A stretch of DNA of 63,465 nt, the filler included, from Basidioascus undulatus (lineage: Eukaryota): assembly GCA_000826855.1 (NCBI GenBank). It is 9 parts of 9 records of this genome, joined end to end, with 100 filler letters (N's around TTAATTAATTAA, not from the genome) between each part and the next. Parts side by side here need not be neighbours in the genome. Positions count along the whole stretch, not along the records: positions 35,368 to 42,329 come from JTLS01001645.1; positions 42,430 to 49,385 come from JTLS01001646.1; positions 49,486 to 56,438 come from JTLS01001647.1; 6 more parts are not named here. One strand, given 5' to 3'. The translations under genes were made by a program, and so were the position numbers. The notes below the pieces were generated by a model. The model made no database searches. It was given only the letters and a program-made list of their open reading frames with translations, and was not told the origin of the DNA. This document shows, piece after piece, positions 37,006 to 50,645 of the stretch; the first letter of the stretch is position 1, and each line of letters starts with the position of its first letter.

Positions 37006-38931
37006 TTACAGGCCGGGCTTGGGAGAAAGCGCCGCGTCTTTTGACGCTGTGGCAGATTCCCCGGAGAGTGTGTTAACTCGCGAGACTTCAATACAGCGTC
37101 AGCGTCTGAGGGACCATTCTATCGAGTGGAAGGTCAAGGAGAACACCCTCCTCGGGGAGGCCACGCAGGCGGTACAACGGCCAATAAACAAGGACAAGTC
37201 GACAACGCACAATGCTGCATCTGCAAGGCCATCTCTGGCGTGGCAGCTTTGAAGTTTTCCCCCCGAGACGAGAGATCAGGCGGTGTTCAAGGGAAAGGAT
37301 AAGATGGGAAGGAGAGAAGAGAGCGAAGGGACAATCGCAGGCGACCATGCCAGCGATCAGTGACAGCTGCTGCACGCGGGGACGCGGGCATCTGCAATGG
37401 ATTAAATATGATTGTAGTACTTGCATGCCGAACTCGTCCGAATGCATTCAATAATGATTATGGGTGCCTGGTGTGGCTAATAGAATGCATGGGCACACGC
37501 CGAGAAGGAAGGAAGGCGGCCATAACCGCTCGACGCAAATGACGGTACGGCCTTCTGTAACTCTCCTCGAGGCTCGCAGCGCTCATGTGCAAAGTCCTTC
37601 ATGAACTGAGCATGCGATTAAAGCATAACACATCTTCGCACATCCACTATCCAAAGACACACACACACACTATCCAGACATGGTTCAAGTCATCCGCGTT
37701 TTCGTTCTCAGCTCGCGCCCGTATCCGGTCCTCCTCAGTGCCCTCTTTGAACCACAAGCAACGGCTTCGAATGGCGTACAAATATAACCTCATTCAGAAT
37801 CCAGTATATGAAGAACGGTGCACTTCTTGCTCAGGATCTGTTTGAAACAACACTTGCCCAAGATTCGGAATCGTCAACACCTCGGAGTATGATGTAGCCT
37901 AGCGCCCGACCTGCTCTATGTACCTTGGTCCAGTCCAGATATCCATTACCTAGACTTGGCGAAACGGTCAGCTTAGCAGACAGTTAGGACTTGCTGCGTG
38001 CTGCAGCCCTGCGCACGCCGACGCCTACATTTGGACGGCTTATGTTGACGTCCCCCCTGCTCAAAGGATAGACAGCAACAAGAAATACATATCAAGAATA
38101 GAGAAAGAGTGCAAATGCTCTGCGGATCTGTCGGGTCGGGACACTCAAGGACACTACTCAAAAGATCCCCCAATTTCGTCGAAACTCTTGTGTGCATGTT
38201 GCTCAAAAAAGGCTTGCTCTTATTCAATGTGTGCTGAAATGAAATCATACTTTACTTCCCTTGATGCTTCCATTTCCAAGCTCAGCACGGCGGGTGCAGT
38301 TCAGGCGTGGGCCCACATGTAAGGGCGGCTAAAACGGGGTCAGCGCGAGACCCCAGCATTTTTCTCCAGGTTGGCTAAAGGTCATGACCATGCGAAGCGG
38401 TCGTAATTCTCAATTTAAGCCTTCAATGCTTGGTCCTGACCATGGGTCGGAAAGATATCGAAGGCAAAGGATCGCAGAATCGCGAAGGCTGCCACAACTA
38501 GCTGCCCACTGAGTCCAGCGGACCCATGAGTTGTGTAGCTCCCTGATGGCATGTATTGACCTGATAAGTGAGTCGGGTAACATAAGCTTTTCAAGAACAA
38601 ATGTCAACCTGCGTTGGACGCGTCCCACTCCCGGCCTATCTTGCAGCCGGGGGACGCTCCATCCCTCATTACTCGCACAGCTTTGCCTAACCATCATTTC
38701 ATTGAATTGTGCCGTTTTATGAATGCCGAGATACACGCTGAACGAAGCGAAGCTGCGGCCAAGACAATGAAAATCTGAGGAACGTGAGGAGGTCGTTTCA
38801 CATACAAACCGGGCTGTGCTCATTGAACCGCTCTCTCGTGCGCTTGTGTGCGCCAACCACGAGGACCGCGGCCGCTCGCCGTTCAGCTCGCTCGCATCTG
38901 CAGCTTCCGTACCCCCGCTCGCTCCAGGTCC

Positions 38932-40075
38932 ATTTCTGCACTCCAGACTCAGATCAACATCCCCAAGCAAGATCTGTTCACGGCACTGCCGACAGAGCTT
39001 CTCCTCGTCATCGCATTCGCTGCGGAGTCGCTGCCTTCGACCGTCGCTCTCGCCCAGACGGACCGCAGGTTGCGCCAGATGCTCACAGGGCCTGGGAGCG
39101 AGAACAAGTGGAAAGCATCCCTCAACTGGTGCGGCTTTGGATTGCCTCGTGGGACCTTCGAGGGGAGCAGGAGCGCCGCCGCCGCTGCGCTCGTTGCACA
39201 CCACCACTGCGCGATCTGCGCGGACCTCGTGCGTCATGTAGCCAGCCTCGAGAACGTTCGTTTTGGGCCGAAGCGCCGTTTGCGCGCCGTCTACACCCCC
39301 GCCATGGTCCGCCAGCAAGGGATTCAGCTGGAATCGAATGCCTCAATCTTCTCGCGCATTCTGGAAGTTCTGGGAGATGAAGGCTGACGATGCGGAGATC
39401 GCCTACTCCGCCAACCTCGATGAAGTTCCGTCGTCTCCGACCTCATTTTCGTCGTCATCCGCGCGTTCCACTTCGTCCGCAGCCTCCAGCGACTGTTCCA
39501 GCGGCGCAGGTTCCGAAGGTTCCAGCTCAGATATAGAGCTTGTCGATATTTCGATCTACCGTCACCCGCTCGTCTTTGCGGCATTCGCGACCTTCCCGCC
39601 CGTCACCGAGCTTGCGTTTGAGGCAGACAGCGGTTTCAAACATGATCCGCCTCTCGAGTGGAGAAATCCGCCGTGGAGCGGAGAGGCCAGCAATCCTGAT
39701 GGGGTTACTGTCCAAGACGCGCTGGCGGGAATGGAAGCTCTGTACGTGCCGATCCTCCTGAGCACTGCGAGCAACGGCTTAAGGAACTGATTGCGGGGCT
39801 GCCTTCCTTCAGCTTTACAACGCCTCTGATGACAGCGGAAGAACAGGTCGATGTACAATGAGCTCAGCGCAGACCCAAAGCACGAGAAGTACCAATACGA
39901 TTCTCTCTTCTGGGTGCCGGGTCACGAGTTCGGGTAGTGGTGAGTGTTCGAGCTACCATTCCAATTGTCATGCCTCTCTTCCCTGCTCACTGGCTAACTG
40001 TACTTTTGCAGCCAGTTCGACGGGCTCCTTCGCCCATGTCAGGGCGATACGACTTTTCCACTTTTCCATCTGTGA
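38932..40075 (+). pseudogene. Lineage-specific F-box-like protein, start codon apparently lost and frameshifted (paralogue of 14595-15564)
   Basis: LPTELLLVIAFAAESLPSTVALAQTDR...GFGLP...AAAALVAHHHC, frameshift near 39382, then HPLVFAAFATFPP...NPDGVTVQD. Confidence 0.55.
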
Positions 40076-42329
40076 CAAGCCCGAGGATGCATTATGAATG
40101 CGGTCAGCGAGGTAGACAAGGGTCGGCATGGCCATGTATGATTTTTCTCGTCTACTGCGCGTGCTTGATATGTGCGCCGATCTGCACGGCCTGTCAATCG
40201 AGCCTTCGCGGCGTGGGCGGTGCAAGGCTCTGAGCTTTGAAGCCTAACCTGCTCTGTCCGCCTGCCCGTGGACCCTTTTCAGCGCTGTGTCTTGCACTCT
40301 GGATTCTCTAAACTCCCCGTGCTGTTAAGGCGGGGCACATTTCAGTGACAGTAAGAGGCATCCGTGACCCGTAGCGGACGCGCGGCTGCCTTATATAACC
40401 CACGGCACTTCAACCGATAGGTGCGATTACTTTCGTCCATTCAATTGGAAGTGACATGATCTCATGAAGGCATAGTATGACCTCAGCCCCAGCAGATCTA
40501 AGAAAGCTTCGAAATCCGTCTCGGGCTTCGTGGAGTGTACGCAGAGCGTATTGACCGGCCTGGCGAACGTGCGATCAGTCTGGGTGTATGTAAGCTCACG
40601 GAAGGCTCGCCGGCGCTGAGCGAGCATGATATATCAGAGCATGGTTGTTGGATTGAAGTACGCTTGGGAAAAGGGGAGTGGGTTTGGGAGGACTGCAGGC
40701 AATGCCTGCGCATTGACGAGCCTGGGTCCCAGCTCGCAGACAGTTGCAGGGACGACGGTCTTCTCAAGGACTGTCGAGGACGTCTGTCCTTTACAGGTAC
40801 TGCTGCTATGGAGTTCTGATGTTCTTTATGGAGATCCACCTCAGTCTGCCCGGTGCTTCCATCAGACACATGCGGGACACCTTCTGTCCCAAGCACAGCG
40901 CGACTGTGCGGACTGGCAGCCTCATGCATCATGATCCATCAGCACCGCTCCATGGACTGAATGGAGCGTCCAGAGTCGATATCGTCCCTTTGCTGAACCA
41001 AGCGGTCTCAACAAGGTCTCAAGCTTGATCAAAGCAGTTTTGTTGTTGTTTATTGTCTGTTGTCGACAAGCCGCTCGAAATTTTAATTGTCCGTCCTAAT
41101 TCCCCGAAGCCTCGTTCTTGGGAGCTGTCAGTCGCAGCCGCTGCGGAAGGCATTAGGCCGAATCGGTGCAGATCACCTCATCCACATATTTATTGCTTGT
41201 TGTTGGTTGTCACTCTGCAATTTGTTGTGCTTTCATTTTCGTTGGCGAGGAAGTGGAGAACGATGGCGACACGACGAAGCGGAAAACGCTTGCTTGTGCT
41301 TCGCCTGCTTGGCGGTGTACTTACTGTACGGGGCGGTGGGAGCACACGAGAGACTGAGTGGGCTGTCAGTGGAGTGAGCGGACGAGGGCGTCGAAGCCAA
41401 CTTTCAGTCGAATTCGTTCTGCGTTCGTCCTCCAAGCTGTGTGCGGCCTCCCCGGCCGCCCGACAGTAAAGGTGCGTCTGCGTTGAAAATACTGGTACGA
41501 GTTCTCTTTATTTCTGTACAGACGTCACTCTGAAAAGAAGAGTGCCGACAACAAACACGCAGGCAAGACGAAAAATGACTGGAAGAGGAGCATCTTCGAT
41601 CATTTGTCTCCTCGCGACGCGAAAGACGAGATGTGACGTCGATCGTGTCTGCCTGCCCCGCGCTTTCGTTCGCTCGGCTGTGTTGCGCGTTCACATGGTG
41701 CGCTTGGCGTTTTGAGGGCGTCGACAATTCTTCAAATGGGCGGTGTTGAGGTGCAAAGTGTTTGTTTGGTCGTGTGGATGCTCAGTGCAAAAGGCTGAAA
41801 GAAGAACGTGGGCGAGGAACCGAGTACCTAGTTGGTATTCCGCGAGGGCACGGATGAGCAAAAAAGCACGGCAACGTTGAGGGGTGCTGCGGACGGTAGA
41901 ATAGTATGCAAATACAGTAGGTTACAGCGCGCTATCGCTTTTGAGCCCCGCGCGTCCCGCGCGTCCCGCCCAAACTCGTCGGCGGTGTGAATCGAATCGA
42001 AACGGGACGGGATCTTTGACACTTCGCCCCTGCCTGCGTTTACCCCTTGCTCGCCTCCTCTCGCTCCTCACCCTCGTCCTCCTCGCCCAGTCTCCTTCTT
42101 TGTTCCTTGCTCCCGCCATCCCGCCCTAGTCTCCTCCCCGTTCGTTCCTTCGTCCTCCCCATCCGACCCGGCGAGCACAGCAGTAGCAGCGGCGGACCGA
42201 CGCTCGCACAATAAGCCGCCGCCCGCCCATCCATCGCGCGCGCGCCCCGCCCTCCCTCCACCAACACCACACACAAACCCCTCGCCCTGCCACTTTTCGG
42301 CTCTGTCACAGCTGGACTACTCGGACGTC

Positions 42330-42429
42330 NNNNNNNNNNNNNNNNNNNNNNNNNNNNNNNNNNNNNNNNNNNNTTAATTAATTAANNNNNNNNNNNNNNN
42401 NNNNNNNNNNNNNNNNNNNNNNNNNNNNN
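42330..42429. other. Artificial contig linker
   Basis: N44-TTAATTAATTAA-N44. Confidence 0.98.
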
Positions 42430-43078
42430 CGGTCAGTCTACTCGAATCCGCGACCTGAGTACGCTTCTCGCGAACCCCAACCCAGCCTATACCCCCCGCA
42501 CCATCCCCGTCCCATCCTCTGCCGGCCCCTCCCCCGCCCGCTCCCGCACGCCCCCCTCGACCTTCCCCGCGCTCTTCTCTCCGCTCTCCCCGCGGGCTGT
42601 CTCGCTCGACCTCCCGCGCCCCTCCCCCACACCCGCATCAACGTCCTCCCTCGCCCCGCCTACGCCCTCCCCGTCCATCTCCCCTTCGCCGTCCGTCATC
42701 CGCCGCCCGAGCCTCGCGAAGCGCAAGCCCGTCCCGAGCTATTTACCTCCGCGCGCGGCGGACACTGTGAGCGAGGAGGGCGGCGCGAGCGAGGGGTCCA
42801 CGACGGCTGTTGAGTCGGACGCGGAGGGCCCCGAGGCGTGCGCGAAGACGAAGAAGGAGACGGCGGTCTTGCCGGGTGGGAGGGTTGTGACGGCTACGGC
42901 GAAGGTGAGCCGGGGATATCGCCCTGCCTGGCTTGGCCGCTCCGAGGCGCTGATTTACTGATCTGAACGTGTCGCCCGCGTACAGGTCCGACATGACGCC
43001 TACATGGAAGACATCGCGCGGGCGCTGAATGACGACCAGCCTGCGCCGGCTGGCGTCCCGCTCGGACCTGTGCAGTAG
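42430..43078 (+). CDS. 3' end of a proline-rich hypothetical protein (5' truncated)
   Basis: ...AKRKPVPSYLPPRAADTVSEEGG...TATAK|VRHDAYMEDIARALNDD...PVQ* with one GT-AG intron. Confidence 0.45.
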
Positions 43079-43898
43079 TCTTGCGGGCGTTCAGATTCAA
43101 CTAAACAGTCTTCCTTCACCCTTCAATTCTCTTAACACATCTCGTCCTTCACGTCGCTGTGCATCTTACGCCATCTCGCATCCTTGCGTCTTCAGTACTT
43201 GCTATTCACATTGTTTCCGCACCCCATCGCCAGCCGCTCTTCAGTTCGTTTCGTCTTGCCTAACATTCGTCACGTTTACATTGCGCTCTGCCACGTTTCT
43301 TACGGCTTCTCAGCTCTGTTGCATTTTCCCGCTCTTCGTTCGCTCCTGTTGTATTAGCTACACGCGCGCCACAGACTTCGATCTTTCTTCACGTGCAGTG
43401 TGTCCAGAGTATCATCTCAGTCTGGCTTTCCCATTGTGATCGTCGCTAGAAGTGACCGAAGTGAGCAACAACCGAGCACAGTGCCAATCTGCCTCGCAAT
43501 TGTATCCCAGTGTGTAGAGAGGACTTCAACAGCACTTGACACCGAGCTTCATCGAACAAGGTTCCAGGCTGCGGGGGGCAGAGGGTCGCGATGACCGAGG
43601 GTGGTGCACGCTTAGCACCGAGCTCTGGAACGATAGCGCGTCATCCGCCTCCTCTCTTCTTTTACATAACTCTCCCTCACAGGCAGCAGTGTGGACAGAA
43701 CTCAAGGTGTTATGAATCGTTGCCCGGAGGCTGTGCACTCTGTTCGGCGTTCGATATCCTCTCGCTCCCTCGCTCGGTGCGTGAATCGGGATTTCGAAAG
43801 GCGAGCCCGACCAGGCCCTTGCTGGCATATTTCCCCTTGCACCAGACCTTGACGCTCCTGAGCTTCGATATACAGTTGCATCCCACTTCGAGCTCCTC

Positions 43899-44992
43899 AT
43901 GACCGATCCTTTGCTGCCGAAGGTAGCGCTTGCGGGCCCGTCCTCGCCGACGCAGTCGGAAGATTCCCTTCCGCCGTACACGGAGGAAGACAAGGCAGCG
44001 GGTGGGTTCGAAGAAGGTGCGTCCTTTCTCCCACCCCACCCATGAATCATCCCGCCTCCTCACCCCCTCGACCCAACAGAGCTCGACGTGAAAGAGAAAG
44101 AGCCGCCCTCGCTCAAGTACACGTTCTTCTCCAAGCGCTGGAACGACATCAGCCTCGTCGAGGGCGGCCCGAAGGACGTCGCCGCCGCAGGGCGAAAGAA
44201 GGACGTCGCGTACTACGCGGACGTCAAGGGCTTCTTCAGCTCGAAGATACGCGTGCTCAAGGGGGTTAAGGACTCAGGGGAGGTCCTTGCTTTCATTGAG
44301 AGGCAGAAGCGGCCTGGAGGAGAGATCGAGGTTGAGCTGGTGGGAGGGGGGACGTACGCGCTTGCTAGAAAGGGGAACATCTTCTCTCGGTAAGCATTTG
44401 TTTCTTTCAAACCTTAAAGCCGGTCCGCAACTAAGTGACTGTTCATCCTAGCTCACGCTATCTCCTCCTGTCAGGTATGAATCTTCCCTACCGTCTCTCG
44501 CAATCGTCCCCTGGAACTGATTGAGCATAGCTCCCGCAGACGGAACTGAGCTCAAGTGGAGCGTGTCTTTCTGGGGACACTTCACCCTTTCGGTAGTTTC
44601 CACCAAACAGGTCTGCTTCTCTTGCGCCCTGTACGCGCTGCATCACCTCGCTCACTGTGGCTGTCACCTGCAGGTCCTCGCCCGCTTCACCCACAAGGTA
44701 CGAATGCATGAGCCTGAAACCACTGTTCCGCAACACAGTTTCTGATGAGACACGCGTTGGGAATTCGTCCAGTTCTGGAACATCTCCCGTCGCGGCACTC
44801 TCGAAATCTGGGGGGAAGGCGTCTACTACCGCGACCTCATTATCGCTTCCGCTATCGTGGTACGCACGAGGCGACTGTTACTGCGATGACAGGCACTTTC
44901 TGACGGTTTCCCTTTTTTCGCAGATGGAGGTGCGCGAGGAGGAACGCCGTCGTGCTTCGTCCGGGGGCGGCGGCGGTGGTGGGGGTGGTTGA
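43899..44992 (+). CDS. Small uncharacterised fungal protein (DUF6593-like beta-rich fold), multi-exon
   Basis: Continuous spliced frame MTDPLLPK...PPYTE|...AYYADV...|GTELKWSVSFWG...|VLARFTHK|FWNISRRGTLEI...RDLIIASAIV|MEVREEERRRASSGGGG*. Confidence 0.65.
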
Positions 44993-46381
44993 AGTTCGTA
45001 TCACGCTGCAGAAACGTTCGCGATCATCTGTCTGTACCTTAATTTTTTTGGAAACTCGGTTGGTAATATTTGGTATACATTCCTTTATACCCGTAAAACA
45101 ATACAGTCTATGTAGCGCAGTGGTGCTGCCGGGCATGTCCTAAGAACTTCAGGCAGGACGAACGTCCGAGGCAGCCCTCTGCCTCTCTATGTCTTTGGCT
45201 TCTGCAGTGTGTCAGACGTGAGATTGATGCAACGGTGACGTCGGAAGCCGACGATTTTGTGGCAGCACGACAACAGTTCCAAGGGCTCCATTACAGTCTT
45301 GACGCCACAGCCTAGAAATACATGCGCGGAGCAGAGGATTTGCTGGCTTGATAAAACCGGATGTAGGCAGCACTTTTATACATAATTACATTTTCAAAAA
45401 AGAAACAGGCAGTGGAAGGAAGGTGCGGTGAAGCATTCCTCCTCCAGCAACAGTGCAAAAGAATTGGTTCTTCCGTGGATTGAACACGGTACCTTCAGGA
45501 CTTCAATCTGACGCTCTCCCAGATGAGCTAAAGAACCTGTCGCGGTTTCATGAGGATGCAAATCATATGGGATGACAAGCAAGGACGCAACGCTGAATGA
45601 GAGGTTCAAGTGGTCACCCATAGTCTAGCCATTCAACATAGCATACATTCCTTCGATTTTAGAAATAATGTTGAAATAATAGGAATATGTCATGAACCGC
45701 CCGGCCGAGGAAAATCGATACTCACTCAGAGGCTGACAAGGCCTCGGGCGGGAAATCGTTGGCTTTCTCTTCCAGGATATATTTTGGGATGATGCAGGTG
45801 TTATGAGAAACAAGGATTGGCAGACTCGACAGCAGATAACGATAGCCTGGAACCACGTCCACGGCGCGTCGACTGCCCCAAGTTTCCTGAGAAATGTGCT
45901 TCGCCGTCCTCGGTGTCGGAACCATCCCAGTTATTTGGGTACTTACCTAGGGCATCTCCTGCCGTACTGTTGCCTACACTCTTGGCTCTGGCACTGTGAA
46001 CACTGTGGATCTGCAGCCTTTCGTCGAGCTTGATGTCATCCTTGCCGGCAGCAGTCACTACGGCAGGCGTGTCACTCCACGAGTCAAGCGCTTCGCGCCG
46101 TTCTGCAGTCTCGGTCGAAGACATCCATTCGCTACAATCTTCAGCTCTCTTTCACATTCTCTTGTGCACCCCTTGCGCATCTCCCCGAAAGCTGTCGGGC
46201 ACTCGGCATGGGGGCCCTCCATCCGGCCTCGGCTACTCGGCCCAGATAGCGATCACGTGGGCGTCTTCGGCGCGGTTGAACGGGCAGTAGTCAGCCACAC
46301 CGGCCCGTACGACTTCCTTGAGCGAGGTCGTGTGGAAAGCACCCAAGCGAGGGGCATCTATCTCAGCTTCCAACCATCATC

Positions 46382-49000
46382 ATGTCGCTGCCGATCACTG
46401 GGAGACTGACGGAGGAAGAGACAGTCACAGAAAAGGTGGTCTCGAAAGAGAAGGGAATCGAGGAGACAAAGGAAGCGGAAGACCTGCAGGCGCAGTTGGC
46501 GGATTGTGAGTCTGCTGCATTTGAGCGAAACTGGTTTGAGCTGAGACAGTGAATCGACGGTAGTTCCGGACGGCGGAAGAGCGGTAGGTCGGGCGTGTGC
46601 TGAGGGAGAGAGGGACGTTCCGTTCGCTGATGGACGTGCGAAGGCATGGCTGGTTGTGCTGGGAGCGCACTTAATGGTGTTCTGCTCTTTAGGGTTGAGT
46701 GGTTCCATTATAACATCCAGAGAGATTTATACTGACGAGCCCGCAATGTCATAGATTCATCAACACTGTCGGCACATTCATCTCGTGCGTCCCTGAAATG
46801 CCCAACCTCGGACCGTGCTAACCGACTGTGCACACGCAGGTATTATGAAGAGAATCAGCTGTCGCATCTGCCCTCATCGACAATCTCCTGGATTGGCTCT
46901 GTTTCATCATGGGGTCTCTTGTGAGTCGCTTTGCTCTACTTAAGCAGAACAAGCACCTGTTGACAGCCCACGATAGCTTCGGCGGTTTATTCGCGGGCCC
47001 GTGAGCGACACGTTGTGCGTTGGTTTGACCCTGAACTCAAATATTATTCAGACTTTTCGACAAGTACGGGGCCAAGGTAAGGCTGGTCGGGCCGAACAGC
47101 GTTGACAGCGTAAGTTAATTTCTTCCGCATAGTGGATTACGATTACAGGCTCGACATTCCTGGTTGTAGGCCTGATGCTACTGAGCGTCTCAACAAAATT
47201 TTGTGCGTCTTCAAGTACTCTCATGCCTTTGTAAGTGGGCTTATAAGGTGAAAACTGAATAATTGCAGGGCATTTCCTGTTGGCGCAAGGATTCCGTGAG
47301 CTCGCTGCGCTCGTTTCGTGCGAGGAGGCAGGAGCGACGTGGGCTCACCATGGACTGCAGTGATGGGTTTGTCCTCTTCAATGACGTGCATTGATTGTGC
47401 TTCTTCCTACTACGCGTAGCTGATGCCGACACGAAATGCTGCGCTTATGCAGCTTCGTCGTACCAATCGCCACGGTGAATCAGTGGTTTTCTCGCAATCG
47501 AGGAATGGCAGTGTGAGCTTCGCTTGTATTCGCACAGTGACGTACAATCATGTTGCTGACGCCACGCGAAGAGGAATCGCCATATCAGGCGGGTCCTGGG
47601 TAAGAGCTTGTTCCTCGCCGACTGTGTCCTGCTAAGCTTACATCGCGTCGCGTAGGGCTCTGTACTTTGGCCAATCATGTTGAGCGAAGTTCTGTTCCCT
47701 CGCTTCGGATTTGCATGGAGTGTTCGAAGTCAGTCTTCTTACCGTTCCGAAGAGCCAGATGGGACACTAACATATCCTTGCCTTTCAGTCGGTGCGTGTG
47801 CGGCTCGGCAAGAGATGCTTGCGGAAATGCTGCTTACGCAGAGCTTCACTTGACGCAGTCGCTTTCATGTGCATAGGCCTCCTGATCGTTGCTTGCGCAC
47901 TCACCCGATCACGTCTCCCGCCAAAGCCACCTGGGCCGCTGATTAATCTTGATGTGGTCCGCGTGCTTCCTTTACGGCTCATCGCATGCGGGCACTTCTT
48001 CTCCTCGCTATGTGTATGTTTCTTTCCACGAGGTGTCATGAGAAGAGCATCTAACACTCTTGGTCTTTGCCATTAGGGATTCTACGGGTGCGCGCTCTTT
48101 AGGCATCAAATTGTGCACTGCCAAGCCGTGCTGACACACTTCGCTCAGCTTCTTTTACCTCCAAACCTACGCAACGAATAATGGGCTCATCACGCTCGCG
48201 CCATACATCCTCGCAATCTCAAATGCATCTTCGGGCTTTGCGCGCATCTCTATCGGCATGTTGAGCGATAGAGTCGGGCGGTGCGTAGATAACGCCATGT
48301 TTTTGCCGCTCTCTGACATCGTTGCTGAATGATAGCTGCGGTTTGCCAGATTCAACATGATCGCTCTGTGCGCTTTCGGTTTCTCAGCAGTCTACTTTGC
48401 TTGGACAGGAGCTACTAGCCCCGCCTCTGTGATTGTTATAGGTAAGTCTGATAGTTGAACGGCTGTGCGCAGCAGAGCTGAACTGAATCCGGACCACGCA
48501 AGCCATTCTGTTTGGTGCGCTGAGTGGGGCGGTCATTTCGCATATGTCGGTCTGTGTTGCGATCTGCACCGAAGATCCCCGGAAAATTGGGTCTAACGTT
48601 GGACAAATTGTGCGTTTCGTCTACCACTCTGTGTCCTCGGTCATGGATGGCGCTCATCCTTCGTACTGCTCTACAGCTAGTGTTTCAATCGTGTGCCGCT
48701 CTCATGTTCGTACTCACCTGGTGGCGCAAGATCTACCTCTTCCTGCATAACTGACAGGCGTCCCCGATATCTTCCTTCAGTGGACCTCCAATTTCCGCGG
48801 CCATCTCAGGGGCAGCATCCTCCGCGGCATCTGGATTCAAGCATTCCCTCATATTGTGAGTGTTCTTTCCTATCACCTCAGTATTGCTCTCTGACAGTTG
48901 TGTCATCTAATACAGCAACGGATGTGTGGGCATTGTTGCTGGAATGTTTTATGTAGCCGATCGATTTGTACTAGACCGCAAATTCCTTGCTCGGATATGA
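46382..49000 (+). CDS. MFS monocarboxylate-transporter-like protein (Mch family), many exons
   Basis: VPDGGRA|AWLVVLG, YYEENQLSHLPSSTISWIGS, FDKYG, QWFSRNRGMA, SNASSGFARISIGMLSDRVGR|FN, GPPISAAI. Confidence 0.9.
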
Positions 49001-49303
49001 ACATGTTACATAGATCAACTGTCCTTTTGGCCGAGAGATCAAATGCCTGGAACACTTGACCATTCGACATTGAACCACTGTCTGAAACGTGTACGTAGAT
49101 GTGCGAGAGCAGCCTGTTTGCCCTGTTGTTGAAAGCTTGACAGTGTGGACACGCCGAAAGTCCGTTTGGCTAGCTGATCGAGTCCTGGGCAGCCTGTGAT
49201 GACGACCACGGCTAACAACATCGCCAGCCTAGTGTGCGCGCCCCCATGACAATTAAGAAAGACCAAACGGATATTGGTTGCCGTCTCAGGCAGGCAAAAT
49301 GAA

Positions 49304-49376
49304 AGCCCCACGCGGGGGTCGAACCCGCAGCCTTGAGATTAAGAGTCTCACGCTCTACCGATTGAGCTAGCGAGGC
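49304..49376 (-). tRNA. tRNA-Lys(CTT), intronless
   Basis: Reverse complement GCCTCGCTAGCTCAATCGGTAGAGCGTGAGACTCTTAATCTCAAGGCTGCGGGTTCGACCCCCGCGTGGGGCT, 73-nt cloverleaf. Confidence 0.96.
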
Positions 49377-49385
49377 TTGATGCTC

Positions 49386-49485
49386 NNNNNNNNNNNNNNN
49401 NNNNNNNNNNNNNNNNNNNNNNNNNNNNNTTAATTAATTAANNNNNNNNNNNNNNNNNNNNNNNNNNNNNNNNNNNNNNNNNNNN
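49386..49485. other. Artificial contig linker
   Basis: N44-TTAATTAATTAA-N44. Confidence 0.98.
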
Positions 49486-49547
49486 TACAGTCCTGCTGTC
49501 CTTGATGCTGCACCATCTTCCGCTTACACGCTCCCTGCACCTGGAAG

Positions 49548-49737
49548 GTCCCCGTCATCGCCGGTGCCGTTTCCGGCAAGTGTGACAACACCCCGGTGTG
49601 CTGTGACAACGTCTACCAGAACGGCCTCCTGGGTGTTGGGTGCTCGGTAAGTGACTGTTGAAGCTACTCTTGGCCGTCTTAGCTGTGCTGTGCTGACCCG
49701 CGTTTGATTTCCACGAAAGCCCGTACAAATCGCTTAA
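49548..49737 (+). CDS. Class I hydrophobin, last two exons (5' truncated)
   Basis: VPVIAGAVSGKCDNTPVCCDNVYQNGLLGVGCS|PVQIA*: C5-x5-C6C7-x13-C8 spacing typical of basidiomycete hydrophobins. Confidence 0.85.
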
Positions 49738-50645
49738 GAGCTGGGCCGGCGACTGGACAGCTGAACAGCCTGTATTTTTTATTGTAAGGCCTGTAGAATT
49801 GTAGGGAATGGTGAATACATCCCCACGCGACAGGGAGGTACGCAGGCTTGATGAAGATCGGCTTGGAGCTTTGCCGGCCGAAGGAGATGGCAGGGCACCC
49901 TTCCTCTTTGTCCAGATGCACGGATGAGTATTTTGGCATTCTGAAAGCAGTTGAAAGCCATGAAACCTCTCCGATCAATCGCTGCAGCCCGCTTGACAGA
50001 AGCCAGCTTATGGCTCTCAGTTGATCTTTAGCAGGAATCTCCCGACGGTCGCAACTCACACCCTCATCGGCAGGTTAATTCTGCTCCTGTCAAGCTAGAC
50101 CTGGCTATGAGGACACGTAGTGAGGAGCTTTCGAACGAGGTCATGGTTATCGCGGAACGTTCCCTTGCTTGGCCCAGATTTAATCGAGGTGTGAAAAACA
50201 ACTGTTTCGTGCCTTCAACCGTTTTTCGGAAGGCTACATACAAGGAGGGAGAACCCAGGATGCGTCCCGAAAAAGACCGCAGCAACAATGAGGCCGGCAC
50301 GGGGCTTTGTCACGCAGTTTTGCGCGTTTTTAGAGCGTCCGCCGGTGAAGCCGCGTTGAGGTGTGGGAGCGGGTTGACCAGTTGCCTTCACTTCCCTCAG
50401 CTTCTGAACTTTTGCCAGGCTGCTCAATTATCACTCAAGGCATTGTTCTTTCCGTACAGACATAGTGCGTACCCAAATATTTTCGAAGGCTATAAGAGCA
50501 GGTAAGCACGCAACGCACCACAGAGTCCAACCTGACCAGGTTCACCCGCTCATCTCCTCTCCACCTTGTGTGTCCTACATCGCGATCCATCCATTATTAT
50601 TCCTGGGCTGAACAGGGCTCTCCGGTCTGCAGATAATCTACAGCA

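Noticed and set aside
38410..39318. 302-aa minus-strand ORF and similar long ORFs in the track (e.g. 53450-54130, 61698-62399)
   Set aside because: They are antisense shadows of GC-rich coding or pseudogene sequence on the other strand and carry no motif of their own.
45640..45800. VEIIGICHEPPGRGKS resembles the Walker A region of a CRESS-virus Rep/SF3 helicase
   Set aside because: The first Gly of GxxGxGKS is missing, there is no Walker B or motif C in frame and no HUH motifs upstream; probably chance.
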